The notes under the pieces were generated by a model, which did no database searches, had not been told where the DNA came from, and saw only the letters and a list, made by a program, of their open reading frames with translations. A DNA stretch of 64,000 nucleotides from Candidatus Eiseniibacteriota bacterium (GTDB lineage Bacteria > Eisenbacteria > RBG-16-71-46). The translations under genes were made by a program, and so were the position numbers. Positions within the stretch are counted from its first letter, which is position 1. The number at the start of each line of letters is the position of its first letter. The DNA lies in contig CAVUWA010000010.1 in assembly GCA_963744995.1 (NCBI GenBank), positions 192,001 to 256,000 on the forward strand, written 5' to 3'. Below are positions 53,916 to 64,000 of the stretch, piece by piece.

Positions 53916-54917
53916 TCAGCGGATCGGTGAGAATCCCGCCACCTGCCGCAGGCCCATCTGCTCGCGAACGTCGTGGATCGTCAGATCGAGGAGCGCGTCC
54001 AGCGTCACCTCGGGCCGGTAGCCGACGAACGCTTCGATCTTCGTGAGACTGGGTACGCGGCGGCGCATGTCTTCGAACGACTTTCCGTAGACCTGCTCGT
54101 AGGGCACGAACTCGATCTCCGAGCGGCTGCCGCAGCGCTGGCGGATCCGCTCGGCGAGGCCGAGCACCGTGATCTCCTCGTCGGTGCCGATGTTGAAGAC
54201 CTCGCCGTGCGCCGACTTGTCGTCGGCGAGCAGCAGTGCGCCGCGCACGACGTCGCTGACCGCGGAGAAGCAACGCGACTGCTTTCCATCTCCGAACACC
54301 AGGATCGGTTCGTTCCTGAGCGCGCGCACGATCATGTTGGGAATCACCATGCCGTAGGCGCCGGTCTGGCGCGGCCCGCAGGTGTTGAAGCAACGCACGA
54401 TCACCACCGGCACCTGGCGCTGCTGCCAGTAGGCCTGGGCCAGGCACTCGTCGACGGTCTTGCCGCACGCATACGACCAGCGCAGCTTGTGCGTCGGACC
54501 GAGCACGCGGTCGTCGTCCTCCTTGAACGGCACGGCGACGCCCTTGCCGTACACCTCACTGCTGGAGAACAGCATCACCTCGCGCTCGTGCTGATCGGCG
54601 GCTTCGAGCACGACTTCCGTGCCGCGGATGTTGGTGATCAGCGAGCGCAGCGGGTTTTCGAGGACGTACTTGACCCCGACCGCCGCCGCCAGATGAAAGA
54701 CCCGGTCGCATTGTGCGACCAGGCCGCTCACGAGCGGCGCATCGGTGACGCTTCCTTCGAGGAAGCGAAACCCGGGTTCCGTTTCGAAGCTTCGAAGGTT
54801 CGCGACGCGCCCCGTGGACAGATCGTCCAGCGCCCAGACTTCCTGTCCGCGCGCGAGCAGGGCCTCGGAAAGATGCGAACCAATGAAACCGGCACCTCCT
54901 GTGACCAGGTTTCTCAT
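53916..54917 (-). CDS. NAD-dependent nucleotide-sugar epimerase/dehydratase
   Basis: VTGGAGFIGSH, HLAAAVG, SSSEVYG, YACGK (YxxxK), RCFNTCGPRQ. Confidence 0.92.
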   Translation of the reverse strand: MRNLVTGGAGFIGSHLSEALLARGQEVWALDDLSTGRVANLRSFETEPGFRFLEGSVTDAPLVSGLVAQCDRVFHLAAAVGVKYVLENPLRSLITNIRGTEVVLEAADQHEREVMLFSSSEVYGKGVAVPFKEDDDRVLGPTHKLRWSYACGKTVDECLAQAYWQQRQVPVVIVRCFNTCGPRQTGAYGMVIPNMIVRALRNEPILVFGDGKQSRCFSAVSDVVRGALLLADDKSAHGEVFNIGTDEEITVLGLAERIRQRCGSRSEIEFVPYEQVYGKSFEDMRRRVPSLTKIEAFVGYRPEVTLDALLDLTIHDVREQMGLRQVAGFSPIR

Positions 54918-55204
54918 GGCCGTTCCTTTGTCTCAACCATCACGAGGGATCTTTCGTCCTGATGCGGGGCGAGCTGCAGCGCGGAAAGGACCGTGCGTCT
55001 AAGCACGTTTCGGTGGAACAGTTTAGGGAACGTCAAACCGTGCGTCAACGACAAGCTGGCACAAATCCGGGGGAGCTGGACAGGCCCGCGGGGCTCCGCT
55101 AGCGTCGCGCCCCGCACGGGTGAAAGCGCCCGCCGGCACCGCCGGCACCCGCCGCGAGCACGCCGCGACCTCGAACCGCGGGCACCGCCCGCTCCGGAGC
55201 GACC

Positions 55205-56581
55205 CTGAAACCACCCCGGCCCGAACCCGCCGCGCGCGCCGCCGAGTACGCTTTCCTGCTGCTGGTGCTGGTGCTGCCCTGGACGATCGCCCCGATGTCG
55301 ATCGCCACGGCGATCTGTGGCGTGCTGACCGCCGTCGTCTGGGTGCAGGATCGCGGCCGCACGATCCCGCGCCCGCCGACGCTCCTGGCCGGCTTCGGCT
55401 GGTTCCTCGCACTGCTCGTCGCGGCGATCTTCGCGCTGGACCCGGCCCACAGCCTGCCGCGCATCACCAAGGGTCTCTTTCCGCTGCTGGTGCTGGTCGC
55501 CGCATTCCACGGCGAGCGGCCGGAGCTCGGCGCGCGCGCGCTCGTCGTGTGGTTCGTCTCCGCTTCGCTCGCCGCGGGCGTCGGCATCTTCGCTTTCCTC
55601 ACCGGGCCCGAGGGCCTCGCCGCGCGCGCCCGCGGTCCGGTCGGTCACTACATGACGTTCGGCGGCCAGCTGCTGCTGTTCACCTCGATCGCTGCGGGCG
55701 TGGTGATCGCCACCCGTCTCAAGGCGTGGCGCATCGGCGCCGCGCTGGCGTTTCTGATCGGCGCGGCGGCGCTCGGCATGACCTACACGCGCAGCGCGTG
55801 GCTCGGTCTCGCGACCGCGCTCGCGGTGATGGCCGGGCGGGCGCGCCCGCGCTGGCTGCCGGCGATGGCCGTGGCGCTCGCGGCGCTGGTGATCCTCGCG
55901 CCGCCCTCCTACCGCGCGCGGCTCGGCTCGGCGTTCGATCCGCATCACCCGAGCAACATCGAGCGCACCTACATGTGGACCGCGGGGGGACGCATGTTCG
56001 CCGACCACCCGCTCACCGGCGTCGGCCTCGAAGACCTGCACCCCGTCTACGAGCGCTATCGTCCACCTGAAGCGCATGAAGCCGCCGGCCACCTGCACAG
56101 CGTGCCGATCCAGATCGCGGCGACGATGGGGCTCGTGGGCCTGGTCGCGTTCGCGTGGCTCTACTTCACGCTGTTCCGCTGCGGCGCGACACGCCTCGGC
56201 GTATCGCTCGCCGCGGGCGGCGTCGGCGCCGGCATCCGGCTCGGGCTGCTCGGGGCACTGGCCGGGTTCTTCGTCGCGGGCCTGTTCGAATGGAACTTCG
56301 GCGACGAGGAGTTGCTCTACCCGCTCTACATCCTCGCCGGCCTCGCCTGGGCCGCGCGCCACTGGGACGGCGAAGTGATGCACCCGCTGTACGTCGCCGA
56401 GCCGGCGAAGGCGGCGGGCGTGGCGGCCGCGGCCGGGGTGATCGCGAAGGCGGCCGACCCGGGCGGACCGGATGCACCCGGTGCCCGTGCAGGACGCGCG
56501 GGCGAGCCGGGCGCTCCACCCGCGCGGCCGCATCCGGCCGCAGGCGCCGCGCGCTCCGCGCCCCTTTCGCCGCGCCCGTGA
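55205..56581 (+). CDS. O-antigen ligase/Wzy_C-family membrane protein
   Basis: Multiple TMs, TYTRSAWLG, ERTYMW, PLTGVG, HLHS; start uncertain (CTG 55205 with GGAG, or GTG 55265). Confidence 0.85.
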   Translation: MKPPRPEPAARAAEYAFLLLVLVLPWTIAPMSIATAICGVLTAVVWVQDRGRTIPRPPTLLAGFGWFLALLVAAIFALDPAHSLPRITKGLFPLLVLVAAFHGERPELGARALVVWFVSASLAAGVGIFAFLTGPEGLAARARGPVGHYMTFGGQLLLFTSIAAGVVIATRLKAWRIGAALAFLIGAAALGMTYTRSAWLGLATALAVMAGRARPRWLPAMAVALAALVILAPPSYRARLGSAFDPHHPSNIERTYMWTAGGRMFADHPLTGVGLEDLHPVYERYRPPEAHEAAGHLHSVPIQIAATMGLVGLVAFAWLYFTLFRCGATRLGVSLAAGGVGAGIRLGLLGALAGFFVAGLFEWNFGDEELLYPLYILAGLAWAARHWDGEVMHPLYVAEPAKAAGVAAAAGVIAKAADPGGPDAPGARAGRAGEPGAPPARPHPAAGAARSAPLSPRP

Positions 56582-57746
56582 ACGTCGCCCTCGTCCATGA
56601 CTGGCTCACCGGCATGCGCGGCGGCGAGCGCGTCCTCGAGCGGCTGTGCGGCCTCTTCCCCGATGCCGACGTGTTCACGCTGTTCTGGAACCGCGGTGCG
56701 GCGAGCCCGGCGATCGAGCGCCACCGGATCCGTACCGCGTTCACGCAGCGGCTGCCGTTCGCCGCGCGCGGCTACCGCTGGTACCTGCCGCTGTTCCCCG
56801 CGGCGATCGAGCGCTTCGACCTTTCCGGTTACGACGTCGTGATCTCGAGCACGCACTGCGTCGCGGGCGGCGTGCGCGCCGCGCCCGGCGCGTTCCACGC
56901 GAGCTACGTGCACACGCCGATGCGCTACATCTGGGAGCTTGAGGACGTGTACTTCCCGCGCGGGCGCTTTCCGTGGCCGGCGTCGGCGTTCGTGCGCGCG
57001 ACCTGTGCACGCCTGCGCGACTGGGACGTGCGGTCAAGCCGCCGCCCGCACGCGCTGATGGCCAATTCGGCGTTCGTCGCCGGCCGCATCCGCCGCCACT
57101 GGGGCCGCGACGCGACGGTCGTTCATCCCCCCGTGGACCTGGCGCGCTTCGCGCCGGGAACGGGCGCGCGCGACTACGACCTGCTGGCCGGCGCGTTCGC
57201 GCCCTACAAGCGCGCCGATCTGGCGATCGAAGCCTGCCGGCGCCTCGGCCGGCGCCTGCGGGTGGTCGGCAGCGGCCAGGAGGCGGCGCGGCTGAAGGCG
57301 ATCGCCGGCCCCGGTGTGGAGTTCCTCGGCTGGGTGGGCGAAGACGCACTGGCGGAGCTCTACCGCGGCGCGCGCACGCTGCTGTTCCCGGGCGAGGAGG
57401 ACTTCGGCATCGTGCCGGTCGAGGCGATGGCGAGCGGCTGCCCGGTGATCGCGCTGGGCGCGCGGCGGCGCGCTCGAAACGGTGGGCCGCGGCGCCGCTC
57501 CCGGCGCGCTCGAACGCCTCGCGCGCGGCGCCCCCGCCGTGGTGCCGGGCGGCGTGCTGTTCGCCGAGCAGAGCGTGGAGGCGATCGCGCAGGCGCTGCG
57601 GGTCGCCGACGGCATCGCGTTCGACCCGCGCGCGCTCGCCGCGCAGGCGCGCGCCGTTTTCGCCCGAAGCCTTCGACCGGGGCTTCATGGCCGCGCTCGA
57701 GGCCGGGCGTGCGGCGCACGCCGCAACGTCGGCCGCGTCGGCCTGA
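56578..57746 (+). CDS. Glycosyltransferase family 4 (frameshifts near 57460 and 57650)
   Basis: VALVHDWLTGMRGGERVL, HTPMRYIW, PYKRADLA, EDFGIVPVEAMASG. Confidence 0.88.
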
Positions 57747-57782
57747 GGGGCAGACCGCGCCGCCTTCGCCACCTCTCGACGG

Positions 57783-58502
57783 CTACCCGTCGTAGAAGGT
57801 CTGCAGGCCCTCGGCCTGCTCGTGACGGATCCACTCGGCCCACGGCGAGGTGAAGTCGTTCGCGATCTTCCTCGCGACCACGATCGTCGTGTGGCTCGCG
57901 CCGGGCCAGAGCCGCGTGAGCGGCACCGCGGCGCCCGCGGGCAGCGGATAGAAGCCGACGCCGCGCACGCGCTCGACCTGGAGCTTGCCGCCGTGCGCGA
58001 CGAAGTCGCGGATCTCGCCGAACGTGTAGCCGCGCACGTGCGGCCCGAACGTGCGGATCGAGGTCGGCTGGCGGCCGAGCGCCATCAGTACCCGGTTGTG
58101 GAGGCTCGCGAGATTGGGCACCGAGAGGATCAGGCGCCCGCCGGGCGCGAGCACCCGGTAGATCTCGGAGATCGGCAGCCACACGTTCTTCAGGTGCTCG
58201 AAGACCTGGTTGCAGACGATCGCATCCACATGACCGTCCCGCCATGGGAAGCGGTCGTTTTCCAGGTCGGCGCGCGCGACCTCGATCCCGCGCGCCTCGG
58301 CGGCGCGCGCCTGCGTTTCGAACACCTCGATCCCGCACGCCGGGCAGCCGAGCGCCGCCGCGTAGCGCATCGTGGAAGCGCCGTCCCAGCAGCCCACGTC
58401 GAGCAGCCGGCGCGCGCTGAAGCCCTCGCCGGCGAGCCGTGCGCACTCGGCCTCGATCGTGTCGGTCACCCGCGCGAGCACGCCGGGCAGAAGTCCGCTC
58501 AT
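57783..58502 (-). CDS. Class I SAM-dependent methyltransferase
   Basis: AAGGAG RBS; LLDVGCWDG, QVFEHL, EIYRVLAPGG, SVPN. Confidence 0.87.
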   Translation of the reverse strand: MSGLLPGVLARVTDTIEAECARLAGEGFSARRLLDVGCWDGASTMRYAAALGCPACGIEVFETQARAAEARGIEVARADLENDRFPWRDGHVDAIVCNQVFEHLKNVWLPISEIYRVLAPGGRLILSVPNLASLHNRVLMALGRQPTSIRTFGPHVRGYTFGEIRDFVAHGGKLQVERVRGVGFYPLPAGAAVPLTRLWPGASHTTIVVARKIANDFTSPWAEWIRHEQAEGLQTFYDG

Positions 58503-58626
58503 GATGCTCCTTGTCGTGGCCGCGCGGACCGGATGCCGGCGACCGTGGATCCCGCGCAGGGCCGTCCGTTGCGCGGCCGGGCGACGGTAGCACGGGGTCG
58601 GGCTCTGCCCTACACTCCCGCGCGAA

Positions 58627-60021
58627 TTGAACCCTCCCTCGCCAACCAGCCCCGCGCCTCCGGGCCGTGAAGGTCCCGAACCGCCCGCGTCACGGGGGCT
58701 GCTCGGCCGTCTCGCGTCACACCTGAACGGGTTGCTCTCGCAGGCCGGTGAAGGCGCGACCATCCGCCGCAATACGGTGTGGCTGCTCTCGGATCGCGCC
58801 TTCCGGCTCGGCCTCGGCCTGGTGGTCAACGTCTGGCTGGTGCGCTATCTGGGCGCCGACTCGTTCGGCCTCATGAGCTTCGCGCAGAGCCTGGTGGTGA
58901 TCTTCGCGGTCTTGAGCCAGCTCGGTCTCGAGACCATCGTGGTCCGCGAGCTGGTGCGACACCCGGAGGCCGAGGGCAGGATCGTCGGCACGTCCGTCGC
59001 CCTCCGTCTCACCGGCTCGCTCGCCACCCTGGCGTGCGCCGGCGCGGCCGCCGCGATCCTCCGCCCCCACGACCCCGGAGCGTTCTGGCTGACGGTCACG
59101 TTCTCGGGGATGGCGTTCGCCCAGTCGCTCGACGTGCTGGAGTACTGGTTCCAGAGCCGCTCTCTCATTCCGCCGCTCGCGCAGGCACGCATGGCGGCGG
59201 GACTGATCGGCGCCACGGCCAAAATCGTCGCGATCCTCATGAAGGCGCCGCTCGAGGTGGTCGCGCTCGTCATCGTCGGCGAGTACACGGTGTCCTCGCT
59301 GGCGCTGCTGGTGACGTTCGTGCGGCGCCCCGAGGCGCCGCGGGTCTGGCGGGCGACGCGCGGAATGGCCCGGGAGCTGCTGCGCGAATCGTGGCCGCTC
59401 GTGCTCAACAGCGTGGCGATCGTGATTTCGGTGCGCGTGGATCAGATGCTGATCACGACCATGCGCGGGACCACCGAGAACGGCATCTACGCCGCGGCGC
59501 AGCGGCTGATGGAGGTGGTCTACTATCTGCCGGTGGCGACGATGGCGGCGGCCAATCCGATCCTCCTGCGCTGGCACCAGCAGGACCTCGCCGGCTACGA
59601 CGCGCGGCTGCAGCGGGTATTCTCCGCCCTGGCGCTCGCGGGCTTCGCCATCGCGATCGGCATCTCGCTGACCTCGAGCTGGATCGTGTCGACCCTGTTC
59701 GGTGCGGACTTCCACAGCAGCGCCGCCGTGCTCACGATTCTCGCGTGGAACGCGCCGGTGCTGTTCGTGGCCGTCGCCCAGACCAACTGGTTCATCGCCC
59801 ACGGTCGCCAGCGTGGCCTGATGACGCGCAGCCTGGTGGCCGCCGTCCTCAGCGTGACCTTCAACCTCGTGCTGATCCCGCGACTCGGCGCCCGCGGCGC
59901 CGCGATCAGCATGCTGGTCTCCCAGTTCGTCGCGCAGGTGCTGGTAAACGCCCTGCCGCGCAATACCCGGGGCCTGTTCCTGATGCAACTGCGGGCCTTC
60001 TTCCCGTTCCTGCCGCGTTGA
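58627..60021 (+). CDS. wzx: Polysaccharide flippase (Wzx-like)
   Basis: NTVWLLSDR, RYLGADSFG, ELLRESWPL, RVDQML, GIYAAA, NLVLIPRLGARGAA. Confidence 0.88.
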   Translation: MNPPSPTSPAPPGREGPEPPASRGLLGRLASHLNGLLSQAGEGATIRRNTVWLLSDRAFRLGLGLVVNVWLVRYLGADSFGLMSFAQSLVVIFAVLSQLGLETIVVRELVRHPEAEGRIVGTSVALRLTGSLATLACAGAAAAILRPHDPGAFWLTVTFSGMAFAQSLDVLEYWFQSRSLIPPLAQARMAAGLIGATAKIVAILMKAPLEVVALVIVGEYTVSSLALLVTFVRRPEAPRVWRATRGMARELLRESWPLVLNSVAIVISVRVDQMLITTMRGTTENGIYAAAQRLMEVVYYLPVATMAAANPILLRWHQQDLAGYDARLQRVFSALALAGFAIAIGISLTSSWIVSTLFGADFHSSAAVLTILAWNAPVLFVAVAQTNWFIAHGRQRGLMTRSLVAAVLSVTFNLVLIPRLGARGAAISMLVSQFVAQVLVNALPRNTRGLFLMQLRAFFPFLPR

Positions 60022-61169
60022 AGCGCCTGGCGAATCGCATCCGCTCGAGGCTGTTCGCCGGCCGGATCCGCCGCGCCGTGGCGGGCGACGGCACCGGACC
60101 GCGCGCCCTGCTGCTGTACTCGGTCGCCGCCTTCCTGCCCTGGACGGACCCCTGGCGGCACCAGAACGTCCCGCAGCAGCGCGAGCTCGCGGCGGCCCTG
60201 GCCGAACGCGGCTACACCGTCGACGTGGTCAACCACGACGAGACCCGGCAGGATCTGCTGCGCGCACCGTACGACCTGGTCGTTGACCTGCATCCGCGGG
60301 CGCAGCCCCTCTATCGCGCGCATCTTCATCCCGGTGCGCGGCACATCGCCTACATCACCGGCTCGGACCCGGCGTTCGCCAACGCCGCCGAGCTGGCGCG
60401 TCTGGCCGACCTCGAGCGCCGCCGCGGCGTGCGACTGCGTCCGCGCCGGCAGACCCCGCCGTTCGATCCCGAGGTGCTGGCGGCGTTCGACGCGGTGTTC
60501 CTGATCGGCGGCGCGGCCACGCGGGCCACCTACGCGGCGTATCCGTTGCGCATGATTCGCACACTCCCCAACAGCGGGTACGATGCCCAGCAGGCGACCG
60601 ACCCCGCCCGGCGCGATCCGCGCCGGTTTCTGTTCCTCGGCAGCAGCGGTCAGGTGCACAAGGGCCTGGACCTCCTGCTCGAGGTGTTCCGGGAGCGGCG
60701 CGATCTGGAGTTGATCGTGTGCAGCGACTTCGAACGGGAAGCTGATTTCGCCGCCGTCTACCGCGAGGAGCTCCGGCACACGCCGAACATCCGCGCCGCC
60801 GGCATGATGGACGTCGCGGGCGCGGCGTTCCGCGAGCTGCAGGCGGAGTGCGGGGCGATGATCGTGCCTTCGTGCGCCGAGGGCCAGTGCGGCACGGTGA
60901 CCATCGCACTGGGCTTCGGACTGCCGTGCGTGGTCAGTCGCGAGTGCGGCTTCGACGATCCCGAGCTCGAGACGCTCCCCGATTGCCGTATCGAAACGAT
61001 CGCACAGCAGGTCGCCCGCGGCGCCGGGCGCACTCGGACGGCGGTGCGCGAGCAGGCGGCCGCGGCGTACGCCCTGTTCGACGCCCGCTACCGCCCGCGG
61101 CATTACGCCGCCGCGGTGCGCGGGGCGCTCGACGACGCGCTCGGCGGGGCGGCGGAGCCGCCCGCGTGA
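60018..61169 (+). CDS. Glycosyltransferase (GT-B fold)
   Basis: TTG overlapping the wzx stop; FLFLGSSGQVHKGLDLLLE, PSCAEG, GLPCVVS. Confidence 0.82.
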   Translation: MKRLANRIRSRLFAGRIRRAVAGDGTGPRALLLYSVAAFLPWTDPWRHQNVPQQRELAAALAERGYTVDVVNHDETRQDLLRAPYDLVVDLHPRAQPLYRAHLHPGARHIAYITGSDPAFANAAELARLADLERRRGVRLRPRRQTPPFDPEVLAAFDAVFLIGGAATRATYAAYPLRMIRTLPNSGYDAQQATDPARRDPRRFLFLGSSGQVHKGLDLLLEVFRERRDLELIVCSDFEREADFAAVYREELRHTPNIRAAGMMDVAGAAFRELQAECGAMIVPSCAEGQCGTVTIALGFGLPCVVSRECGFDDPELETLPDCRIETIAQQVARGAGRTRTAVREQAAAAYALFDARYRPRHYAAAVRGALDDALGGAAEPPA

Positions 61170-61960
61170 GCGCGACGATCCCCTGCCGGGTCTGCGGCGC
61201 GGAGGCCCGCCCGCTGTTCGAACGGACGCTGCTCGGCCGCATCCATGCCCGCTACCACCAGTGCCCGGTGTGCGGCTTCGTCGAGACCCAGGAGCCCGAC
61301 TGGCTGGACGAGGCGTACACCGAGGCGATCAGCGCCGCCGACACGGGCGTGCTCGCGCGCTGTCTCCACGCACGCCGGGTGCTCACGGTGTTCCTGCACC
61401 TGGCCGGCGCGGCGCACGCGCCGTGCCTCGACTGGGCGGGAGGCCACGGGGTTCTCACGCGCCTCATGCGCGACGTGGGCTTCGACTTCCGCTGGGACGA
61501 TCTGTACGCCTCCAACCTGTTCGCCCGCGGCTTCGAGTGGAACCGGAGCGAGGCGCGCCCGTTCGCGGTCACCGCCTTCGAGGTGCTCGAGCATCTGGTG
61601 CATCCCGTCGAGACGCTGCGCGAAATCGCCGCGCTCGGGCCCCGGTTCCTGATCACCAGCACGCAGCTGTACGAAGGCGACGCGCCCGCGCCGGACTGGC
61701 GCTACCTGGCGCCGGAGACCGGGCAGCACGTGGCGTTCTACCGGCGTGAGACCCTCGAACGGCTCGCGCGTGAGGCCGGGTTCGACGAGGTACGCACCAC
61801 GCCCCACCTGCAGCTGTTTGCGAAGGGCCGCGTGCCCGGGCTCGCCTGGAACCTGGCACGATGGCGCGGGGCGCCGCTCTATCCGCTGCTCAGGCGTCGG
61901 TTCGCCCCGCTCACCGAAGACGACAGCACCCTGATGCGCGCGGCAGGACGCGGGCGATGA
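61166..61960 (+). CDS. Class I SAM-dependent methyltransferase with N-terminal Cys motif
   Basis: CRVC...CPVC, LDWAGGHG, AFEVLEHL, GQHVAFY. Confidence 0.83.
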   Translation: MSATIPCRVCGAEARPLFERTLLGRIHARYHQCPVCGFVETQEPDWLDEAYTEAISAADTGVLARCLHARRVLTVFLHLAGAAHAPCLDWAGGHGVLTRLMRDVGFDFRWDDLYASNLFARGFEWNRSEARPFAVTAFEVLEHLVHPVETLREIAALGPRFLITSTQLYEGDAPAPDWRYLAPETGQHVAFYRRETLERLAREAGFDEVRTTPHLQLFAKGRVPGLAWNLARWRGAPLYPLLRRRFAPLTEDDSTLMRAAGRGR

Positions 61961-63039
61961 AGCGCCCGCTGCTCGTCACGGGCGACATCTTCCGCATGCA
62001 GGCGCGCGGCGGCATCACGCGCTACCTGGTCGAGCTCGTGCCGCGGCTCGAGCGGGAGGTGCACGTCGTGGCCGGGGTTCACCGCTCCGCCGAGGCGCAT
62101 GCGCTCGGCGCGCGCCTCGAGAGCTCGTTCCGCATTCCCGCGTTTCGCGGCGCGATGCGGATCGCCGCGCCGCTCAACGGGCTGATCGACCGCGCGGCCC
62201 TCGCCCGCGCGCGGGAGGCCATCGTGCACGTTTCGTATTACCGCGACCCGGCCGCTTTCGCCGCCGGGCGGCCGCTGGTGGTCACCGTGCACGACTTCAC
62301 CCACGAACGGACGGGGATCGACCCGGGCGATGGACCCGAACGCTGGAAGCACGCGCTGGCCCGGCGCGCCGACGCGATCGTCTGCTATTCGGAAGCCTCG
62401 CGCGAGGACTGCGTCTCCTACCTGAAGGTGCCTGCGGACAGGGTGCACGTCGCCCCGCTCGCGAGCCGCCACTGGAGCGAAGTGGCGGCCACGCCGCCGC
62501 CGGGGCTCGATCCCGCGCGGCCCTTCCTGCTGTGGGTCGGTCCGCGCTACGCGTACAAGAACTTCCGCCGCACGCTCGAAGCGTGGGCGGTGTCGGCCGG
62601 GCGCGAGGGTCTCGATCTCTACTGCGTGGGCGGCGGGCCGCTGTCGGCCGGCGAGCTCGAGCCGCTCGCGGGGCGGCCGGTCGCCGGGCGCGTGATCCAG
62701 CACGATGCGAGCGACGCCGAACTGCGCTGGGCGTACGCGCATGCCCGCGGCCTGGTCTATCCGTCCCTGTGCGAGGGCTTCGGTCTGCCGATCGTCGAAG
62801 CGATGGCGCTCGGCTGCCCGGTGCTGACGTCCGACCGCTCGTCGATGCCGGAGGTCGGTGGCGAGGCCGCCTGCTACGTGGATCCGGAAGACACCGAGGC
62901 GCTCGCGGCGGGGCTGACGAAGCTCGCGCAGGACGACCTCCGGACCGAGCGCGGCGCCCGGCTGCGCGAGCAGGCCGCGCGCTTTTCCTGGACGCGCTGC
63001 GCGGCGGCGCACGAACGCGTCTACGAGGCGTTCGATTGA
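61957..63039 (+). CDS. Glycosyltransferase family 4
   Basis: GGITRY, VTVHD, YKNF, PSLCEGFGLPIVEAMALG, FSW. Confidence 0.9.
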   Translation: MKRPLLVTGDIFRMQARGGITRYLVELVPRLEREVHVVAGVHRSAEAHALGARLESSFRIPAFRGAMRIAAPLNGLIDRAALARAREAIVHVSYYRDPAAFAAGRPLVVTVHDFTHERTGIDPGDGPERWKHALARRADAIVCYSEASREDCVSYLKVPADRVHVAPLASRHWSEVAATPPPGLDPARPFLLWVGPRYAYKNFRRTLEAWAVSAGREGLDLYCVGGGPLSAGELEPLAGRPVAGRVIQHDASDAELRWAYAHARGLVYPSLCEGFGLPIVEAMALGCPVLTSDRSSMPEVGGEAACYVDPEDTEALAAGLTKLAQDDLRTERGARLREQAARFSWTRCAAAHERVYEAFD

Positions 63040-63827
63040 GCGCGCCGATCCTCAGCGTCGTCACGATCTGCCGGAACGTGCTGCCGGCGCTGCGCCGAAC
63101 GGTGGACAGCGTGCTGCCGGCGCCGCCGGGCGTCGAGTACGTGGTCGTCGACGGCGCCTCCACGGACGGCACGGCGGCGTATCTGGAGGGCCTGCGGGCA
63201 CGGGGCGTGCGCGTCCTGTCGGAGCCCGACCGCGGCATCTCGGACGCCATGAACAAGGGCGTCCGCCTCGCGAGCGGAACCTGGGTCGCGCATCTGCACG
63301 CCGACGACACCTATCTGCCCGGTGCGCTCGAACAGGTCGCCGCCCTGCTGCGCGAGGACGACGCCGACATCGTGTGCGGCGCGATCGTCAAGACGGAGCG
63401 GCGCGGCGAGGTCGTCTGCCAGAGCGATCCGTCGCTGCTCGAATGGGACATGACGATCAATCATCCGGCGACGTTCGTGCGCCGCGCCCTGTTCGAGCGG
63501 CTCGGCGGATTCGACACGGGGCTCAGGAACGCGATGGACTACGACTTCTTCCTGCGCGCCCGGCTGGGCGGGGCCCGCTTCCGGACCGTGACGCTGCCGG
63601 TCACGCGCATGACGTGGGGCGGCCAGTCCGAGCGGTCGATCTGGAAGACGCTCGAGGAGACCCATCGCGTGCGCGTCCGCCTCCTGCCGCCCGGCCTGCG
63701 CACGTCCCGCCTGCGTCTCTGGCTCCTGTACGCGAAGGGCTCGATCCGCCTCGCCCTGCAGCGGCTGGGGCTGGATGCGGTGGTGCGTTTCTACCGCCGC
63801 CGCTTCGCCCGCCCGCGCAAGTTCTGA
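63036..63827 (+). CDS. Glycosyltransferase family 2
   Basis: LSVVTIC.N, VVDGASTDGT, SEPDRGISDAMNKG, HADD, MDYDF. Confidence 0.9.
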   Translation: MSAPILSVVTICRNVLPALRRTVDSVLPAPPGVEYVVVDGASTDGTAAYLEGLRARGVRVLSEPDRGISDAMNKGVRLASGTWVAHLHADDTYLPGALEQVAALLREDDADIVCGAIVKTERRGEVVCQSDPSLLEWDMTINHPATFVRRALFERLGGFDTGLRNAMDYDFFLRARLGGARFRTVTLPVTRMTWGGQSERSIWKTLEETHRVRVRLLPPGLRTSRLRLWLLYAKGSIRLALQRLGLDAVVRFYRRRFARPRKF

Positions 63828-64000
63828 ACCGCCTCGGGCCGCACGTCTCCGCCGCAGGTCGCACGCCTCCGTCGCGGGCCTCGCGCCCCCGTGCGGTGCC
63901 GGAGCGCCGGGCTGCGCTGCACGGCGCCGCTCCGTGGATCGCGGCCCCCCGGCACCCCCGGCCGGGGTGGCCGTCGATCCGCCGTCCGCCGGGAAACGGA

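Noticed and set aside
58779..61169. 796-aa glycosyltransferase ORF
   Set aside because: The N-terminal half overlaps wzx out of frame; the real start is TTG 60018.

Overview
High-GC (about 70% by eye), densely coding bacterial chromosome segment. A PorX-like PglZ regulator, a Bacteroidota-style 'GMAKETAHQLGTP' kinase and a secreted protein with a FlgD/T9SS-like C-terminal domain suggest an FCB-group bacterium, possibly Ca. Eisenbacteria-like (inference). Housekeeping genes are serS, rpsP-ffh, tgt-yajC-def-fmt-rsmB-PASTA-rpe and khpA-rimM-trmD-rplS-rnhB-yraN. Regulatory content is a GntR/hydrolase/nucleotidyltransferase operon, a DoxX-DGPF-DGPF-ECF42-type sigma module and an ECF sigma with a membrane-anchored vWA protein. 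A large acyl-CoA/B12 region holds acpS, biotin carboxylase, BCCP, methylmalonyl-CoA mutase and epimerase, three acyl-CoA dehydrogenases, hbd, thiolase, FIST, an isobutyryl-CoA-type mutase with its B12 subunit, and meaB. The window ends with part of a surface-glycan cluster. I recognised no RNA genes, mobile elements or CRISPR arrays. The most striking observation is that several unrelated proteins, especially the carboxylase and mutase enzymes, carry long histone-H1-like Lys/Arg/Ala/Pro tails. Other notable points are two mutases of different predicted specificity with one B12 subunit, candidate CTG starts, a TGT with an atypical pocket and a split ffh-rpsP / khpA-rimM operon. About a dozen single-base frameshifts, including in trmD, are most likely sequencing errors.
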